Shown: in pieces, positions 1-14,700 of the stretch
Layout of the letters: each line of letters begins with the position of its first letter
Numbering within the stretch: the stretch's first letter is position 1
Source of the DNA: Haliotis rufescens
Taxonomy: Eukaryota
Direction: 5' to 3'
NCBI RefSeq assembly: GCF_023055435.1
Contig: NW_025963835.1
Coordinates: 2,790,001 to 2,854,000 of the forward strand
Length of the DNA stretch: 64,000 nt
Notes under the pieces: generated by a model
Told to the model about the DNA's origin: nothing
Database searches by the model: none
Seen by the model: only the letters and a program-made list of their open reading frames with translations
Position numbers and translations under genes: made by a program

Positions 1-3000
1 GGCCCTAAATGCTTACCACCTAGGTGAAGCTCATGGTATGGTGTGGACAAACCTAGAAACAGCCAGGGCGAACCAGGAATGGAAACCCACTGTTATAGGT
101 CTGCCTTGTGAAGTGAGGCAAATGCTTTGCAACATTTAAAAATCAGAAATCATTCGCTAGAAGTAAACTCAGGTTTAGGCCACAATGTCATTAAAATGAG
201 ATCTCCTACTCTGATATGATACCTGTCAGCAGGTCACATCAGGTGAACACTGAGCCAACTTTGACTGCCCAATATAAAACAGGTTGCAGGGGTTCTTGGG
301 TTCTGTTGGCTTTCTAAAATCATTTGGCTTCATTTCTTTACTACCTTGATTCAGATATTTTGATCTTGGCCAAAGAAAAATGTCACTGAATAGACATATA
401 CCTTCGATGGTTCACCCGTTCAGGTGGTACTAGATGCAGTCGCGCACAGGAATGACAGGATGTATATATGATATTATAGCTAAAAAACACCTGCAAGTCA
501 TCAGAAATGAGCCACTGTAACTTGATAATGCCCTCATATAGCTAATATCACGCCCGTTTTTTGGTGACGTCATAGGATAGGGATAGGTGACGTCATCTAG
601 TTTGTTCTATGACATTTCCATATTTGTAAAAGTAGGTCAGTGACATTCATGTTTATTGCAGTAAATGTTTCAAAACCGATATTGTTGTTTCTTTTTATTT
701 GATAACAAATTCCATCCATTTCAGCTATAATAGCGATAACGCTATTTTTCGGGGCATTATCATTTGCAAAGCCCTCGGTCTTTTCAACTGCCATCCTCCG
801 TCAGGCAGTTAATGGAAGACCTTGGCCTTCTGCAAATGATAATGCCCTGAAAAACAGTGTTACCATTATAATAGTGCAGCTTTATCTTTTGCATTTGGAA
901 CTGCTCAATCAGTATTGTTTTTTAGATTTGTTTACATGCTTTGCATATTCGTACCAAGTATTTAGAAACCTTGACACTGACTGCTGTTAAGAACGTTCGC
1001 CTCATGTAACACAGGATGTCTTCAGATCATCACGCAGAGAGGTATCGCATCGGAGTAAGAGATCAGATTTAAATGAGACATATTGAGGCCAAAAACTATG
1101 AACAATAACGTGAATGTTGTCGAAATCTGAATTATTATTAATACGAGGTGAAATTATTGGAAAGATCTCAGGGAGAAATTCTTTGTATTAAATGATTCTA
1201 CACTAATTCTTACAAAGCTAGATATACATACACCACAGACATCTAATGTTGATATACTTGATGGTTAATGGTCTTGATCACTGTTTCGTTCCTTTAATAA
1301 TATCTAAGATTCAAATGACACTGACATATTTGTCCAACAAACATACACAAAATCTAGACTTAATAAAAAAAAATAATATTCACATGCTAGTCTACAAAAA
1401 TATTATTAAAATTATTCTCGGGGATAAATGTGTTTTTATGATTCATGAAATGGTACAAGATATTTTCGGTTTGAATATTTTATGAAGATCTTTCATCTCA
1501 GTTGTGTTCCATACCAAAACATCAACTTAACATAGGAAGAAGCCCAAAGTGATGCAGGTCTTAAGACATTTACCAGTTTTGTGAAACTAGAGGCATTGGT
1601 CTGGTAATGAGAGATCAAGGATCATAATTTGGGAAAATCTGAGATCTTAATTATTCAGAAATGTTGTATTTCAGCGATAGAAACTGGCACTAGTCCTACA
1701 GTCTTTACAAAACTGCCCAACAGTTAGGGACTTGTGGTCATCAGCTATTTGCTATGTTATCTAAAAATTGTTAGTTTCTATCGCTGTATTTTATCTTTCA
1801 GCATTAATCAATGTAGGTACCATGTATTTTTTTCCAATTTCACTGTCTTTGGTCTACCATTTGACTCATCAATTTACAAGTCATCATGATAAGCTGTAAC
1901 ACCCATTCACATTCACTCCCCTTAGATATGAACACAGTGGAAAATGCCCTTGAAGATTCCATTTCTGTTTAAAATAAAATTCTACTCCTGTCCCAATCGC
2001 AAAGTAACTAAGAAGAGCAAAACAAAATAGTGACCTTGACTACCCGTTGTCTCAGCTCCATCCTGTTTTGTCCCGAAACAGAATTGATGATACTGATGAT
2101 AATACTGATTGATGATAATGCTCATGCCAGAATGACAATGATGATAATTATTTCAGCTGAACAACTTGGGTTTTGATGGCACCCAAAACCACATACCCAA
2201 ACAATGGGATAGAAATTATACTGGAAAGTCTACTAACCCGAACAGTGATAACATATGACATTCCTCAAAACACTGAAATTCAAACTCTGAAGATACCTAG
2301 AAAAAAGCCAACAAGATTGGGATAGTTTCTACCTTTCAACAAACCAGACTGCACGCTTGGTTAATTTTTATCTGTCAACAATCTTTGACAACAAGATGGG
2401 GGTAATTTCTATCCTTCAACAACCCAGACGAACAAGCTAAGGGTAATTTCTATCTGTCAACAACCCAGACCAGCAAGTTTGGGGTAATTTCTATCTGTCT
2501 GTCAAGAACCCTTCAACAGATCTATACAGATCTCATCCTATTTATGGCAAGAGGGTCTGTCCCAATCACAATCCGCATTGACATCATTAGCGCTCATGTC
2601 CCCAGATCAGAATTCCAACTTTTCACTGGATAGAAAATGTGTCAGGTTAATCCCTACTTGATCAGCCTCAGACACTTAAAATCAAAAACATCTCTTCAGC
2701 ATTTAAGGTATGGAAGATCACCCACCCATCATCCAACTATTATGACAAACAAACAAAATGATGAGGAATGGTAGATGGCAGTTTGCTCTCTTACTATAAA
2801 ACAGCTGAATCTTGTTGCAGCTTTGTGATTCCAGGCATACATTAAGTATACTACTCAAAAGAAGTTAAGGACCACCCAATTCATCCATAGTCCATTCTGC
2901 AGAAGACTCAGTAGCTGAGTGTGTTTGCTGGCATTTAGATGCCTTACTCTGAGACTCCACACAAAAGAAGTACTAGAATTTGTGCTTTACTAAGCCTAGT

Positions 3001-3653
3001 TTGTGCCATTTGTCCTGGTATAGGTAGACATAATTTGAATTTGACAACCCCTGAAATACTAAAATTTCAAGCAACATTTGTTGTGTCATAAGGACATGAG
3101 ACAAAGTGTATGATTCTATCCCTCACTAAACAATGATGGTAACAGTGATGACATCAACAGCACTTGGGGGAAATGTGCGATAAGAGCTGTGCGTTGTCAG
3201 TCTTTTCAACATTCTGCAGAAAACAGTTAAAACTATAGAAAAACTTTATAGAAAACTAGACTAGAGCTACAGTTCACTTCCACCCCAGCTTAAGATATGT
3301 TCCAAGTTTAGGGCAGAGTTTCATTGTCATCATTATCTTAGTCTACTGAGAATACAACACGTTCATGAAAAAATAGTTGAAGATTAAGTGTAGAAAAATA
3401 CATGGCAATTTTACATTTACTTTTCAAATCAGGTCATCACACAGAGAAAATAACAAGTCAATAAACAATTCAATTCAATAAAAATAGTTTTCATTTGAAT
3501 GACAGCAGCATTTTTCAAATTAGATGTTTTGACAGGGCTGTAGACAATATATACAGGTAGTTCTAAGATAAAGGAACACCTGCTTATAATACTGGGCTTT
3601 TGTTACAGGTTTCATTCCTACATATATCCCTGTATAGGTCATTATAAACTAAT

Positions 3654-4006
3654 TACCGTATTCAACGTAATAAGCGCCCTGGGCGCTCTCAAAATTAGAA
3701 ATAGGGGGCTCTTATTAGAATATTATTTTGGTGGAAAAAAAAAAACAGAGTTAAAAGATAAATTTCGTGGTTTATGGTGACAGCCTGAAATGCTAATGTA
3801 CGACAGATATATTTTTCCAGAATTTAATCGCTCATAACTAAGGGTGCTTATAACACACGAGTGTGTATTATACACGAATAAATAAGTCTTGTGTATATTG
3901 ATCAATCGGAAGGGGTGCTAATTGGGATTGTTCACTCGCCAATATATCAGCAAATATTGCCGTGGGCGCTTATTAGAGCGGGGCGCTTATTACGTCAAAT
4001 ACGGTA
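3654..4006. mobile_element. MITE with TACCGTA...TACGGTA termini
   Basis: ~26-bp TIRs (taccgtattcaacgtaataagcgccc / gggcgcttattacgtcaaatacggta). Confidence 0.85.
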
Positions 4007-4203
4007 TTAGATTTCTGTCCCCCATCTTACTACCGGTAACCAAACACTCCTACAGATTAAGAACATTCTGTGTGTTCTCTTGTTTCATTACTTGACTATA
4101 CACCCATATACACAATCCTAAACATCTATGCTTCATGTAATTCACATGTGTTGGTGTTTAATGTAACAGCTGCCTTGATCAGTTTGTTTTAATAAAATAA
4201 AAA

Positions 4204-4561
4204 TACCATATTCGACGTAATAAGCGACCCGCTCTAATAAACGTCCACAGCGATATTTTCAAATACATTTGCAAGAGAACAATCCCAATTAGCACCCCTT
4301 CCGATTGATCAATGTACACAAGACTTAAATTTATTCGTGTATAATACACACTCGATCATGTGTTATATGCACCCTTAATTATTGGCAATTAAATTCTGGA
4401 AAAATATATCTGTCGTATATAAACATTTCTGGCTGTCAGCATATACCACGAAATTAACCATCTTTCAACTCTGTTTTTTTTCACCAAAATAATATTCCAA
4501 TAAGAGCCCTCTAGTTCTAATTTTGAGAGCGCCCTGGGCTCTTATTATGTAGAATACAGTA
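4204..4561. mobile_element. second copy of the same MITE in opposite orientation
   Basis: Internal sequence is the reverse complement of 3654-4006. Confidence 0.85.
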
Positions 4562-7262
4562 TTTTTTTAAATTGCCTCCCACCTCAATTTTTTTTTAAAT
4601 GTGTATGAAAATCTAATAGTTAATTCATAATGACCTTATAATGTAGAGATAGTTATTAAAACATTACGTCATAGGATATACAGAGGAAACATCCATCAGA
4701 AGTTGATAGTGTATGAAATTTAGAACAGGGCTACAGATATAGCAGTATACATAGCAATGGCTGAAGCGTGATGTAGCCATGGTGACAACTTCAAATATAT
4801 TCTGGTTAAACACAAGGTCAAGCAGTTGGAAGTGTTCAGAACATCTCACATGGGCAGAAACATCAACACAAAACACCATACATACGAATCAATTCAGTTT
4901 TGAATATGTAAAATATCAATTAAGATTTTCATGCCCTATTTCTCAATATTGCATGAGCGAACACTGGTATCCCATTTACTCTTGCCCTTATTACTGACCC
5001 TGTAGATGACAACACAAAAGCATATTCATTATGTAATCCAGGGTCAGATATGACAAATCGGTAAAATTCTATCCACGAAGTGATAATCTTCTTAACAAAG
5101 GACAAGGTACAAAAAGGGACTTTTGGGACCACAAGATCTGCAAAATTTACGAAATGAGCAAAATCTTAAGAAATTGTTAAAAAAAGTTACCAGATGTGTT
5201 CGTATGAAAGAGAATGATACAGTGTTCATTTCAAGACTCTCATTATTTCACTTATTATGGGAAAGGCCAAAAAAATTGAAAAGTTGGACTTTGTAGATTT
5301 TCAGAATCTGTTTCTAATATTTGAACATGAACAAGAGTTTGACCCGAGCTGATTTCTCCAATGTAAATAAATACAATGTTATCGTGGGACAAAAACATCC
5401 ATCTTTGGTCACAGACTTATAGTCATATTGTCTACAGAAGTTCCGAAAATCAGCCTTTTTGACTAATTTTAGCCTTTCTTAACATGACCATAAACACGAA
5501 GACTGCAATTTGCAAGTGTTAGAAAGAAAGGATAGTTTGCATAAATTTCAACATGTCTGATAATCTTCATTCCAATATTTCAAATTTTCCATAACTTTTC
5601 AAATGGCCATATCCAGTGGAATGAAAAGGCCCCTATCCTATCTCATCCATTGTCTGATAAAAAGTGCAGGCAGCAATGTATTCATAAAAACAACAGGGAG
5701 GTTTATCCACCCATCAGTCCATATATGGTTGTCATAACCTTGGTAACATAAAGTGATTGTCTATCTCCAAGTTACCATTCTCTACCAGTAACACTTCAGA
5801 GTCTTGTTAAACAGAAAATGGTTAAAGAACTATCAGATACACTGGCATGGTCAATTGTTTTAGTATACTCATTGTGAAAACATACTTCTTCAAATAATCT
5901 GGATTTGACGTAACTGTGTCACAAACCTGCTGTCCTACAGTTTGCAACAGTTTATCAATAACATAATTAAAACATACAAATGAATAAGTGGAATAAAAAT
6001 CAATTTGTTTTTTACCTGTTGAGTTCAGAACACAATTAGTCAAATCTAAAAATATACCAAATTCTGTTGAGCAATTTCCAGTCAAATCATTGTAATCTGT
6101 AATCATATATCAATCATATTAACAGCTAAACATGGTAGGTTACACAGTTACTTTACATACACAATGGAGATTTAAGAAACTGAAGCAATATTCTTCATAT
6201 AATTGTTAGGACAGCACTTTATATAGTGTTTCACTTAAGCCCATGTCCAAAACTATAATACTATAGGCCAAATTATATAAGATTATATTCTCTCCATCCT
6301 AACCAGTTATTTTGTACATGTCGTGTTAATGGCAGAAAATTTCTGCTGGAGTAGAGGCCTTTCTTTCAAGGGAAGTAACTCTTAATTCTCAATTTGGGAA
6401 GGAAAAGAGAAAATGCAATAACAAGAGGAGAAACACAAACATACAAAACAAGGCTCTTTAATAACTGATGGTGAACCATGTTTTCACTTGATAACCAGTC
6501 TTATTAACACTGTTATAATCTGTGTTCAAAAGGGAAAGATAACTCTCATTTCAACATCTGCAGGCGGAGTCACCTAATTACTACTTGTGTGACTGACAGC
6601 TGTTCAGAGCAACCATGGTACAAACACCATTGCTTTAACGTCAAAACACTTGGGATGTCTCGTTAAAAATATTTTCTACAACACTTTCAGCAATATTCAG
6701 TTACATCACGTCTGGGGTAAAAAACATCCTGAATTATACTGGATTCAAACCAAGCCATATAGAATGAACGCACTCACTGCTGGACTACAGAACCTGCTAT
6801 CAGGTAGCTGCAGTTGCAATATGAGATAAGACTAGTCGTCTCAGGTTATTTAACACCCTACAAGTCCACTGGCCATAGGTTATAGATCTATACTCTACCA
6901 TAAGACTGAACAATCCTTACAGATCGACAAGACACCTCCAGCCTAAAGCTGTGAAACATTTAGATCAGTCACTGTTAGTTACAATTGTTTGGAAAAAAAC
7001 CAACCACTTCTAATGTTTAGAAAAGAATCTTCAGAAGAAACAAACCAATTATGGACCTCCTGTCCTGTCCTTGCCACAGTTAAGTAGGTTTGTAGTACTA
7101 ATATCTTTGCAGGATGTCACACTTTCTTCACGATGAGCATGCTGATTTCCATCCAAGTTATTATTCCTAAACCTGAAACTGATTTCGACCTCTGTGGAGA
7201 GTCATCAGAGTACCAGGTGAAGGGTGCTGACACTTGATGTAATGCTGTTCGGTGCAAGGACT

Positions 7263-7388
7263 TCACGTTGTGTCTATTCTGATCATTCGCAGTTTGAAGT
7301 TGTCAGCAAGAACACAGGCTGCCTCGTTGGATCCGCCGCAGTAGCGAGATGAAGAGAACACAGTCATCAGACGTCCCTGTTGCTGCAC
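7263..7388 (-). CDS. phosphatase terminal exon 19 ([26 protein letters not shown]...TT*)
   Basis: ctccag acceptor; TVFSxxxYC motif; TGA at 7265-7263. Confidence 0.92.
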   Translation of the reverse strand: MQQQGRLMTVFSSSRYCGGSNEAACVLADNFKLRMIRIDTT

Positions 7389-10300
7389 CTGGAGAAGCAG
7401 AACTATGTGGTTAGGTTAGCCCCAGGTTTTGTTTTATACTCGTACACTTTGAGAATGGATGTTAATAATTTATATTAAGAGTACTGTGGGACAAAATAGT
7501 ATATCATTCAATTTATCAAAATCATGAGATGGCATGCACAAATTTGCTGTTTTAATTGCCCTGCTCAAATGAGCAACCCCGTTTAGATTGGGAAGTCCAA
7601 GTTCACTCAGTGGTCCTATGTTGCAACCTTCGATGAAAGCGTCCTCAGATCTTAATTGGAGTAAAACAGGCCTCAAAGTTTAATATTTCACCATGTAGCC
7701 ATATGGCTACAAATACTTCTTCTAGGTAGCCACTGGTAAAATCAAGAAGTCAAGCCAATATCATAGGTAGCAAAAAGGATTTGAAATTATATTTTACAAG
7801 CATTTTAATCAAATTCCTATAATAATATGTACAAGTTATGGCATTGGTATTAGAATCATATATTTACAATGCAGACTTCGTTGGCCAGTCTTTGTTTAAG
7901 TTTCTTTTCACAGCAACCAGATGTGATTTATTTTCGAATGTCACTGGCATGGACGTTTTTTTCCATCTGCATCCATCGACTCATCATAACTGTTTTCACT
8001 TACAACTTTCAGTGTATGATCGTTTTTGGCAGTGCAGAGATGTAGAAGTTGGTTGGTTGGTTAGTTTGTTGTTTTACGCTGCACTCAGCAATATTTCAGC
8101 TATATGACGGAGGTCTGTAAATAATCGAGTCTGGACCAGACAATCCAGTGATTAATATCATGAGCATCGATCCACGCAATTGGGATCAATGACATGCATC
8201 AACCAAGTCAGCGAGCCAGACCATCCGATCCCGTTAGTCGCCTTTTACGACAAGCATAGTCACCTTTTACGGCAAGCATGGGTTGCTGAAGACCTATTCT
8301 ACCCCGGAATCTTCACGAATCAAGATGTAGAAGTACTTTGCCATGATGTGGTCATGTAAAATGGAACGGTCACAAGTTCGTAAACTCAATGCACTGCACA
8401 CAGTAAAACTAGTTAGTGTAACCAAATCCTCACAACACTGCAAGGAGCTATCGAAACGTTCCCTGACACAGTGCAGTTATACAATCGAGGTAACGTCATA
8501 GCAATTGCCAATCAAGTTATTAATTTCTGTATCTACAAATGTGAAGTAATAACATTCAGTCCTCACAAGATATTTTTTCAAGGTAGTCGTTTGGTGACTT
8601 CTGATTCTTTAATGGCGGACAAAGCCCCACTGATGACCATTTTAGTCACAACTTTAAGGAATGTAAATGATGTGATCATAATGAGATTGTGAACGGGTCC
8701 AAGGTATTGATACTAATAATCATACGGAGATATTATACCCTGGATAATGGAGGATGTCAACTTACCTGAAATCCTGTTTCTTGCACCTCATGAGCTCGGA
8801 TCACGTGAGACAGGCCATTACGATCCAGGAAGGAGAAGAGAGCATCACAGCTGAAGAAGTGCGCTGTGCCTCGCCGCGAGTTGAACACAAACCCATTGTT
8901 CTCAGTCAGGTCCTGCATCACATCAGGGGTCACCAGGTCAAGGCTGAAACAAAGTGTGCCTGATCATCAACATCACTGGAATGTATGTGCACAGGCCTAT
9001 AATATATTACCTAGGGTGATTACCATGAGTATATCACACTATGGCATGATTATCATAGGAGGGTTGTATGTATACAGGGCTATAATATATTACCTAGTCT
9101 GATTACCATGAGTATATCACACTAAAGCATGATTATCATGGGAGGGGTGTACGTATACAGGGCTATAATATATTACCTAGGGTGATTACCATTACTATAT
9201 CACACTATAGTATGTTTATCATGGGAGGGGTGTACGTATACAGGGCTATAATATATCACCTAGGGTGATTACCATTACTATATCACACTATAGTATGATT
9301 ATCATGGGAGGGGTGTACGTATACAGGGCTATAATATATTACCTAGGGTGATTACCATGAGTATATCACACTATAGTATGATTATCATGGGAGGGGTGTA
9401 CGTATACAGGGCTATAATATATTACCTAGGGTGATTACCATGAGTATATCACACTATAGCATGATTATCATGGGAGGGGTGTATGTATACAGGGCTATAA
9501 TACATTACCTAGTCTGATTACCATGAATATATCACACTATAGCATGATTATCATGGGAGGGGTGTACGTATACAGGGCTATAATATATTACCTAGGGTGA
9601 TTATCATGGGAGGGGTGTACGTATACAGGGCTATAATATATTAGCTAGGGCGATCATCATGAGTAGATCACACTATAGCATGATTATCATGTATGTATTA
9701 TCATGTATGTATACAGGGCTATAATATATCACCTAGGGTGATTACTATGCTTATTTTATAGGACAATTACCATAACTGTATTATAGGATAATTACCATGA
9801 TTATATTATAGGATTATTACCATGTTATAGTATAGGATGATTACCATGAATATATTATAGGATGATTACCATGCTTATTTTATATGACAATTACCATGGC
9901 TGTATTATAGGATAATTACCATGATTATATTATAGGATGATTACCATGCTTATTTTATATGACAATTACCATGGCTGTATTATAGGATAATTACCATGAT
10001 TATATTATAGGATGATTACCATGATTGTAGTAAAGGATGATTACCATGATTATATTATAGGATGATTACCATGCTCATTTTATAGAACAATTACCATGGC
10101 TGTATTATAGGATAATTACCATGATTATATTATAGGATGATTACCATGATTATAGTATAGGAAGATTAACATGATTATGTTATAGGATGATTCCCATGCT
10201 TATTTTATAGGACAATTACCATGACTGTATTATAGGATAATTACCATAATTATTTTATTGAATGATTACCATGATTATATTATAGGATAATTACCATGAT

Positions 10301-11759
10301 TATATCATAGGATGATTACCATGATTATTTTAATGGATGATTACCATGCTTATTTTATAGGACAATTACCATGATTATTTTATAGGATAATTACCATGAC
10401 TGTATTATAGGATAATTAACATGATTATATTACAGGATGATTACCATGATTATAGTTTAGGATGATTACCATGATTTTATTATAGGATGATTCTCATGCT
10501 TATTTTATAGGACAATTAACATGACTGTATTATAGGATAATTACCATGATTATATTATAGGATGATTACCATGATTATAGTTTAGGATGATTACCATGAT
10601 TATATTATAGGATGATTACCATGCTTATTTTATAGGACAATTACCATGATTTTATTATAGGATGATTACCATGATTATATTATAGGATGATTACCATGAT
10701 AATATTATAGCATAACCCTATTTGAAGACCACCATGATTATTCTTCAGGATGTTTCCCATGATTATCTTATAGCATGGTCATTACTTGGATTACCTTTGC
10801 CAGTTTTACTTTACACAACATAAATATTATTTGATGGTTATGGTTAGAGAATGATTGCAACAATTACTTCACAGGAGTCTGTTAACATGACATAATTAAG
10901 CTTCATACCCAAACAGAATAATGTTAGTTACTAAACTGCTTTGGGCCATATACCATCACACACAACTTTGTAGGATGACTATCTTGGCAATGGTTACCCA
11001 TTTACCTGATGGGATCACTCCACAGTATCTCCCAGGCCATGGGGCTCTCTGTCTCGGGGTCCGGAAGGGGCACGGGGATCTTGTTGATGGCCTCTATACT
11101 GCCATTGTCGTGCTCAGTGCTGGGGATGCCACCATGGACACAGAACACCTGCAACATCCAGTGGACACAAACGTCAATGAGAAGTTTCATAAAATTGATA
11201 CCGGTATACTGCATATTTCAAAATTATGCATATTTTCATCTTGCTGGCAAAGTTTAATTCCGAATTGAAATTAGGAAATTCTGAAATTAGCAACTCATTT
11301 CTGTGACTGAAAAAGCAAAACTGTAAGCGACCAGATTCCTATATATAATGCGTCTATTATTATGCATGCATTGTCACCATGGCAACATCCAACAACATGG
11401 AGAACAACAGTTGTCAAAATTGTGCAAGGAAAGTCTTTATTTTGGGAGCTTGGCTCCTGAGAGGTTCTCGGGCTTCATTCCTGCTCCACACTGAAGCACA
11501 TATAACATGTGTGGCGTCTCCTTGGGCAAGGGTCTTTGTTGAAATCTTCCTCTGTTCACCCAGCAGTGAATGGGTATCCAGTAGGATGAGATGGCAGTGT
11601 GGTTGGTAACCTTCTAGCGCCTAACAGGCAGCTTGGGTTGTATACTCCCCAGGGAGCTGAGAATAATTCTTGAGTGCACAGTGATCCAGTGACTGGGGTA
11701 GTAATAGCGCTTTGAGCATGCCCCTGATTGGTGTGGATATATGCGCAATACAAATAGCC

Positions 11760-11799
<40 letters not shown>

Positions 11800-14700
11800 T
11801 AGTATATGGATTAATCTTATTCAGGGTCATAACAAATCACAGATGATATAATGAATGCAATATATTATCATGATTATGTTACATATCACAATACATGTGT
11901 CATTATTGCAATACGAAATTCAGGCCAATATCCATCTCTATGCATTACCTTGTCATCAATGGTAGCGGCAATGGGCATACAATCAAAGCACTCATTAACA
12001 GCATCCCAAATTTGCTGCCCTACACTGTCACCAAACTTGCTCAGACATTCCCTGCAAACAGAGAGTCAGATAGTCAATAAGGGCATGTTACAATACTGTC
12101 ATCAAATTGATAATGTCCTGTAAAAGATTCTGTAAATATAAAAGTTATAGAAAACTAAAAAAAATTGTGAAATGCAGAGTTATATTTTAAAACTTCTCCT
12201 TTATTATTAAATTATGCAGAAGAAGTGAACCCTGATCACTATGACCTTTCCCAATTAATAGATCATACACATATGGTGTGAAGTCTGCAACTTCAGCCCT
12301 GAGTCAAGCAAAATTGTTTTAGGTCTGGTAAGGTCAACTAAATATAGTCCACATACCAGCTCTATGATCTACTAGAAATGATGCCAAGAGAATTTCGAGA
12401 TACAGTGGTCCCTCGCTACAACGCTACCAATGGGGTCCAAATAATTGGTGGGCGTTATAGACGATGAGCCGTTTAACTGAGGCCGAGGGGGGGGAGCGCA
12501 CTCGGCCAATCTCACGATCTTCGCCTTGTCTTGCAGATTGCAATGATACAAGTTGTTTACCGTTCATAGTGTAAAAATATATATCCATTATGTTTTCGCC
12601 GTTTGTTATTATTTAAAAGCCTTAACTGTCACATTCAATGTGAATGTCGTCTACTTACATGAAAATATCGATCGATAATGGTAGTAACAGACGCTATGAG
12701 TGAAGAGCCAATCACAATTCATTACGCAAGTACAGAGTGATTCAGTGGCATTGATTGGTCATGTTGCTTAAAATACAGAAAATAAAGTTTTGACCAGCAC
12801 TACGCGCATTCATACACATTCATGCAAATATAGATACACATTCAAGCCAGATTAATTGGTTTGATACAGTTACTTGATCCGAATCAAAAGGAATGACCGC
12901 CGTGTTGTGACAGCAACTTTTACAAACCTGTAGAGGTTATGAATTCTCTGATGAAATCCTCCTTGGGGCACTTATTGCATTTTCCTTGCTCAAGAAAATC
13001 TATATGACATAGTTGTAACCATTTTCCTTAATAAAAAATGTTACCACACAAAAAACTTCGTTTTTGTATGATATACGACCACCCTTACGGGGCCTCACCC
13101 CCAACGGCGCCTCACGCCAGGGGGAGCAACTCTCACCCAAATCACTTTCCATATGTCAAATGCTGACGGAATGTGGGGAGGTGGGTGGCCGTGCCCCAAG
13201 GAGGATTTCATCAGAGAATTCATAACCTCTACAGGTTTGTAAAATTCTCTTTCTGATTAAATCCTCCTTGGGGCACTTATTGCATCAAGACAGACTCCCA
13301 AAGATAATCTAGGAAGTGGCATCCGTCAGCAACAGGCGTAAATAAATACATCGTATTTGATTATTCAACAGAATAAAATATTGAGTTCAATAAATGGAAC
13401 CAACCTTATCGTGAGGCACCACCGTCGAAAGGCGGGGGCTAGAGACAGGGCGTGGTCGACCATATATTATGATAAAGCCTGTTTTTGCGGCTTGTCATAA
13501 GTTGAGAACTCGAAACACCTCCCACCCCCCCACACTTTTTTGAACAAGTGATATAAGGGCGTAGATCACGAGAGACCATAACCAGCGCTGAGCTAGGCCA
13601 GAGGGTCCCCGAGGATCGAAGGAGTGCGTGCGCAAAATACGAGTATTATCGAGTAGTAAGGACTGATATTTATCGACCGCAGAAGATAAAATCCGGACCA
13701 TTACTGAGCAGTATAACCGGAAGACTGTCTAAAATCTCGAATGCTCAATCAGCTAGAGATTAGAACTTTGCCCAGTTCGGAGAACTGACTGACCAAACCG
13801 AGTACGCTCGCTTGAGTGTTTGTCGAGTTGGTAAGGTTTGATGAATCGTGCTCGGCTGGCTCCAAATAGCCGCGGAGCAGATCTGCTCAATGGGCAGAGC
13901 CGCGGCGTACGCTTTTGACGCAGCCACTGCTCTAACCTAATGAGCCTTCAACCTGGTAGGGGGGTCCCTGCCTGTAAGCGTATACGCTGTACAAATGTTT
14001 GAAACTATCCACCTCGAGATAGATTGTTTACTCGCAGGTGAGCCAACCTTCCTACCGCAGTAACAGCAAAATAGTTGGTTATCCTTACGGACACCCATAT
14101 TTCTGCTGATATAGGCCTTGAGAGTCGTGCGGACATCCAAGACATGAGCATGTCTTGCAGTGGTCCCCGACGAGGAAGGCTGTGAAAGAGCGGGTAGCTC
14201 AATAGGAGCCGTTCACGTGGAATCGTGTGCGACCCTAGGACGGTAATAGTCCGGTAGACGAAAACTGACTGTCCCGGTGATATTTATCGACCCCATGGAA
14301 GACAGTTATTTTGGGATCGGCTGACATAACACGAATGTCGCCTACCCGTCTGCCGGACGTTACCACCACAAGGAACGCCGTCTCCCAGCTCAACAGCTGA
14401 AGAGAGAGAGACGACAGATCCCGAAAGGAAGGACCGGACAGCCAATCTAGAATGATTGACAAGTCCCAAGGGGGACTGATCCGCCGGACTGGCGGTCGGA
14501 TCCTGTCCACACCTGCTAAAAAGCGCTGCACTAATGGGTGTGCACCCAGAAGTGCCCCGTCGACAGGGACGTGAAAAGCTGCGATAGCTGTAGAGTACCC
14601 TCGGACTGTTGATGCGGCCAGGCCGTCATCTAGTCGCGACTGGAGAAACTCAAGCACGGATACGAGATCTGCAGAAAAAAGATCTGCAATCCCTCTATCG

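Noticed and set aside
225-492. Two minus-strand AG...GT-bounded segments resembling exons
   Set aside because: No convincing open frame or recognisable protein; cannot be supported without transcripts.
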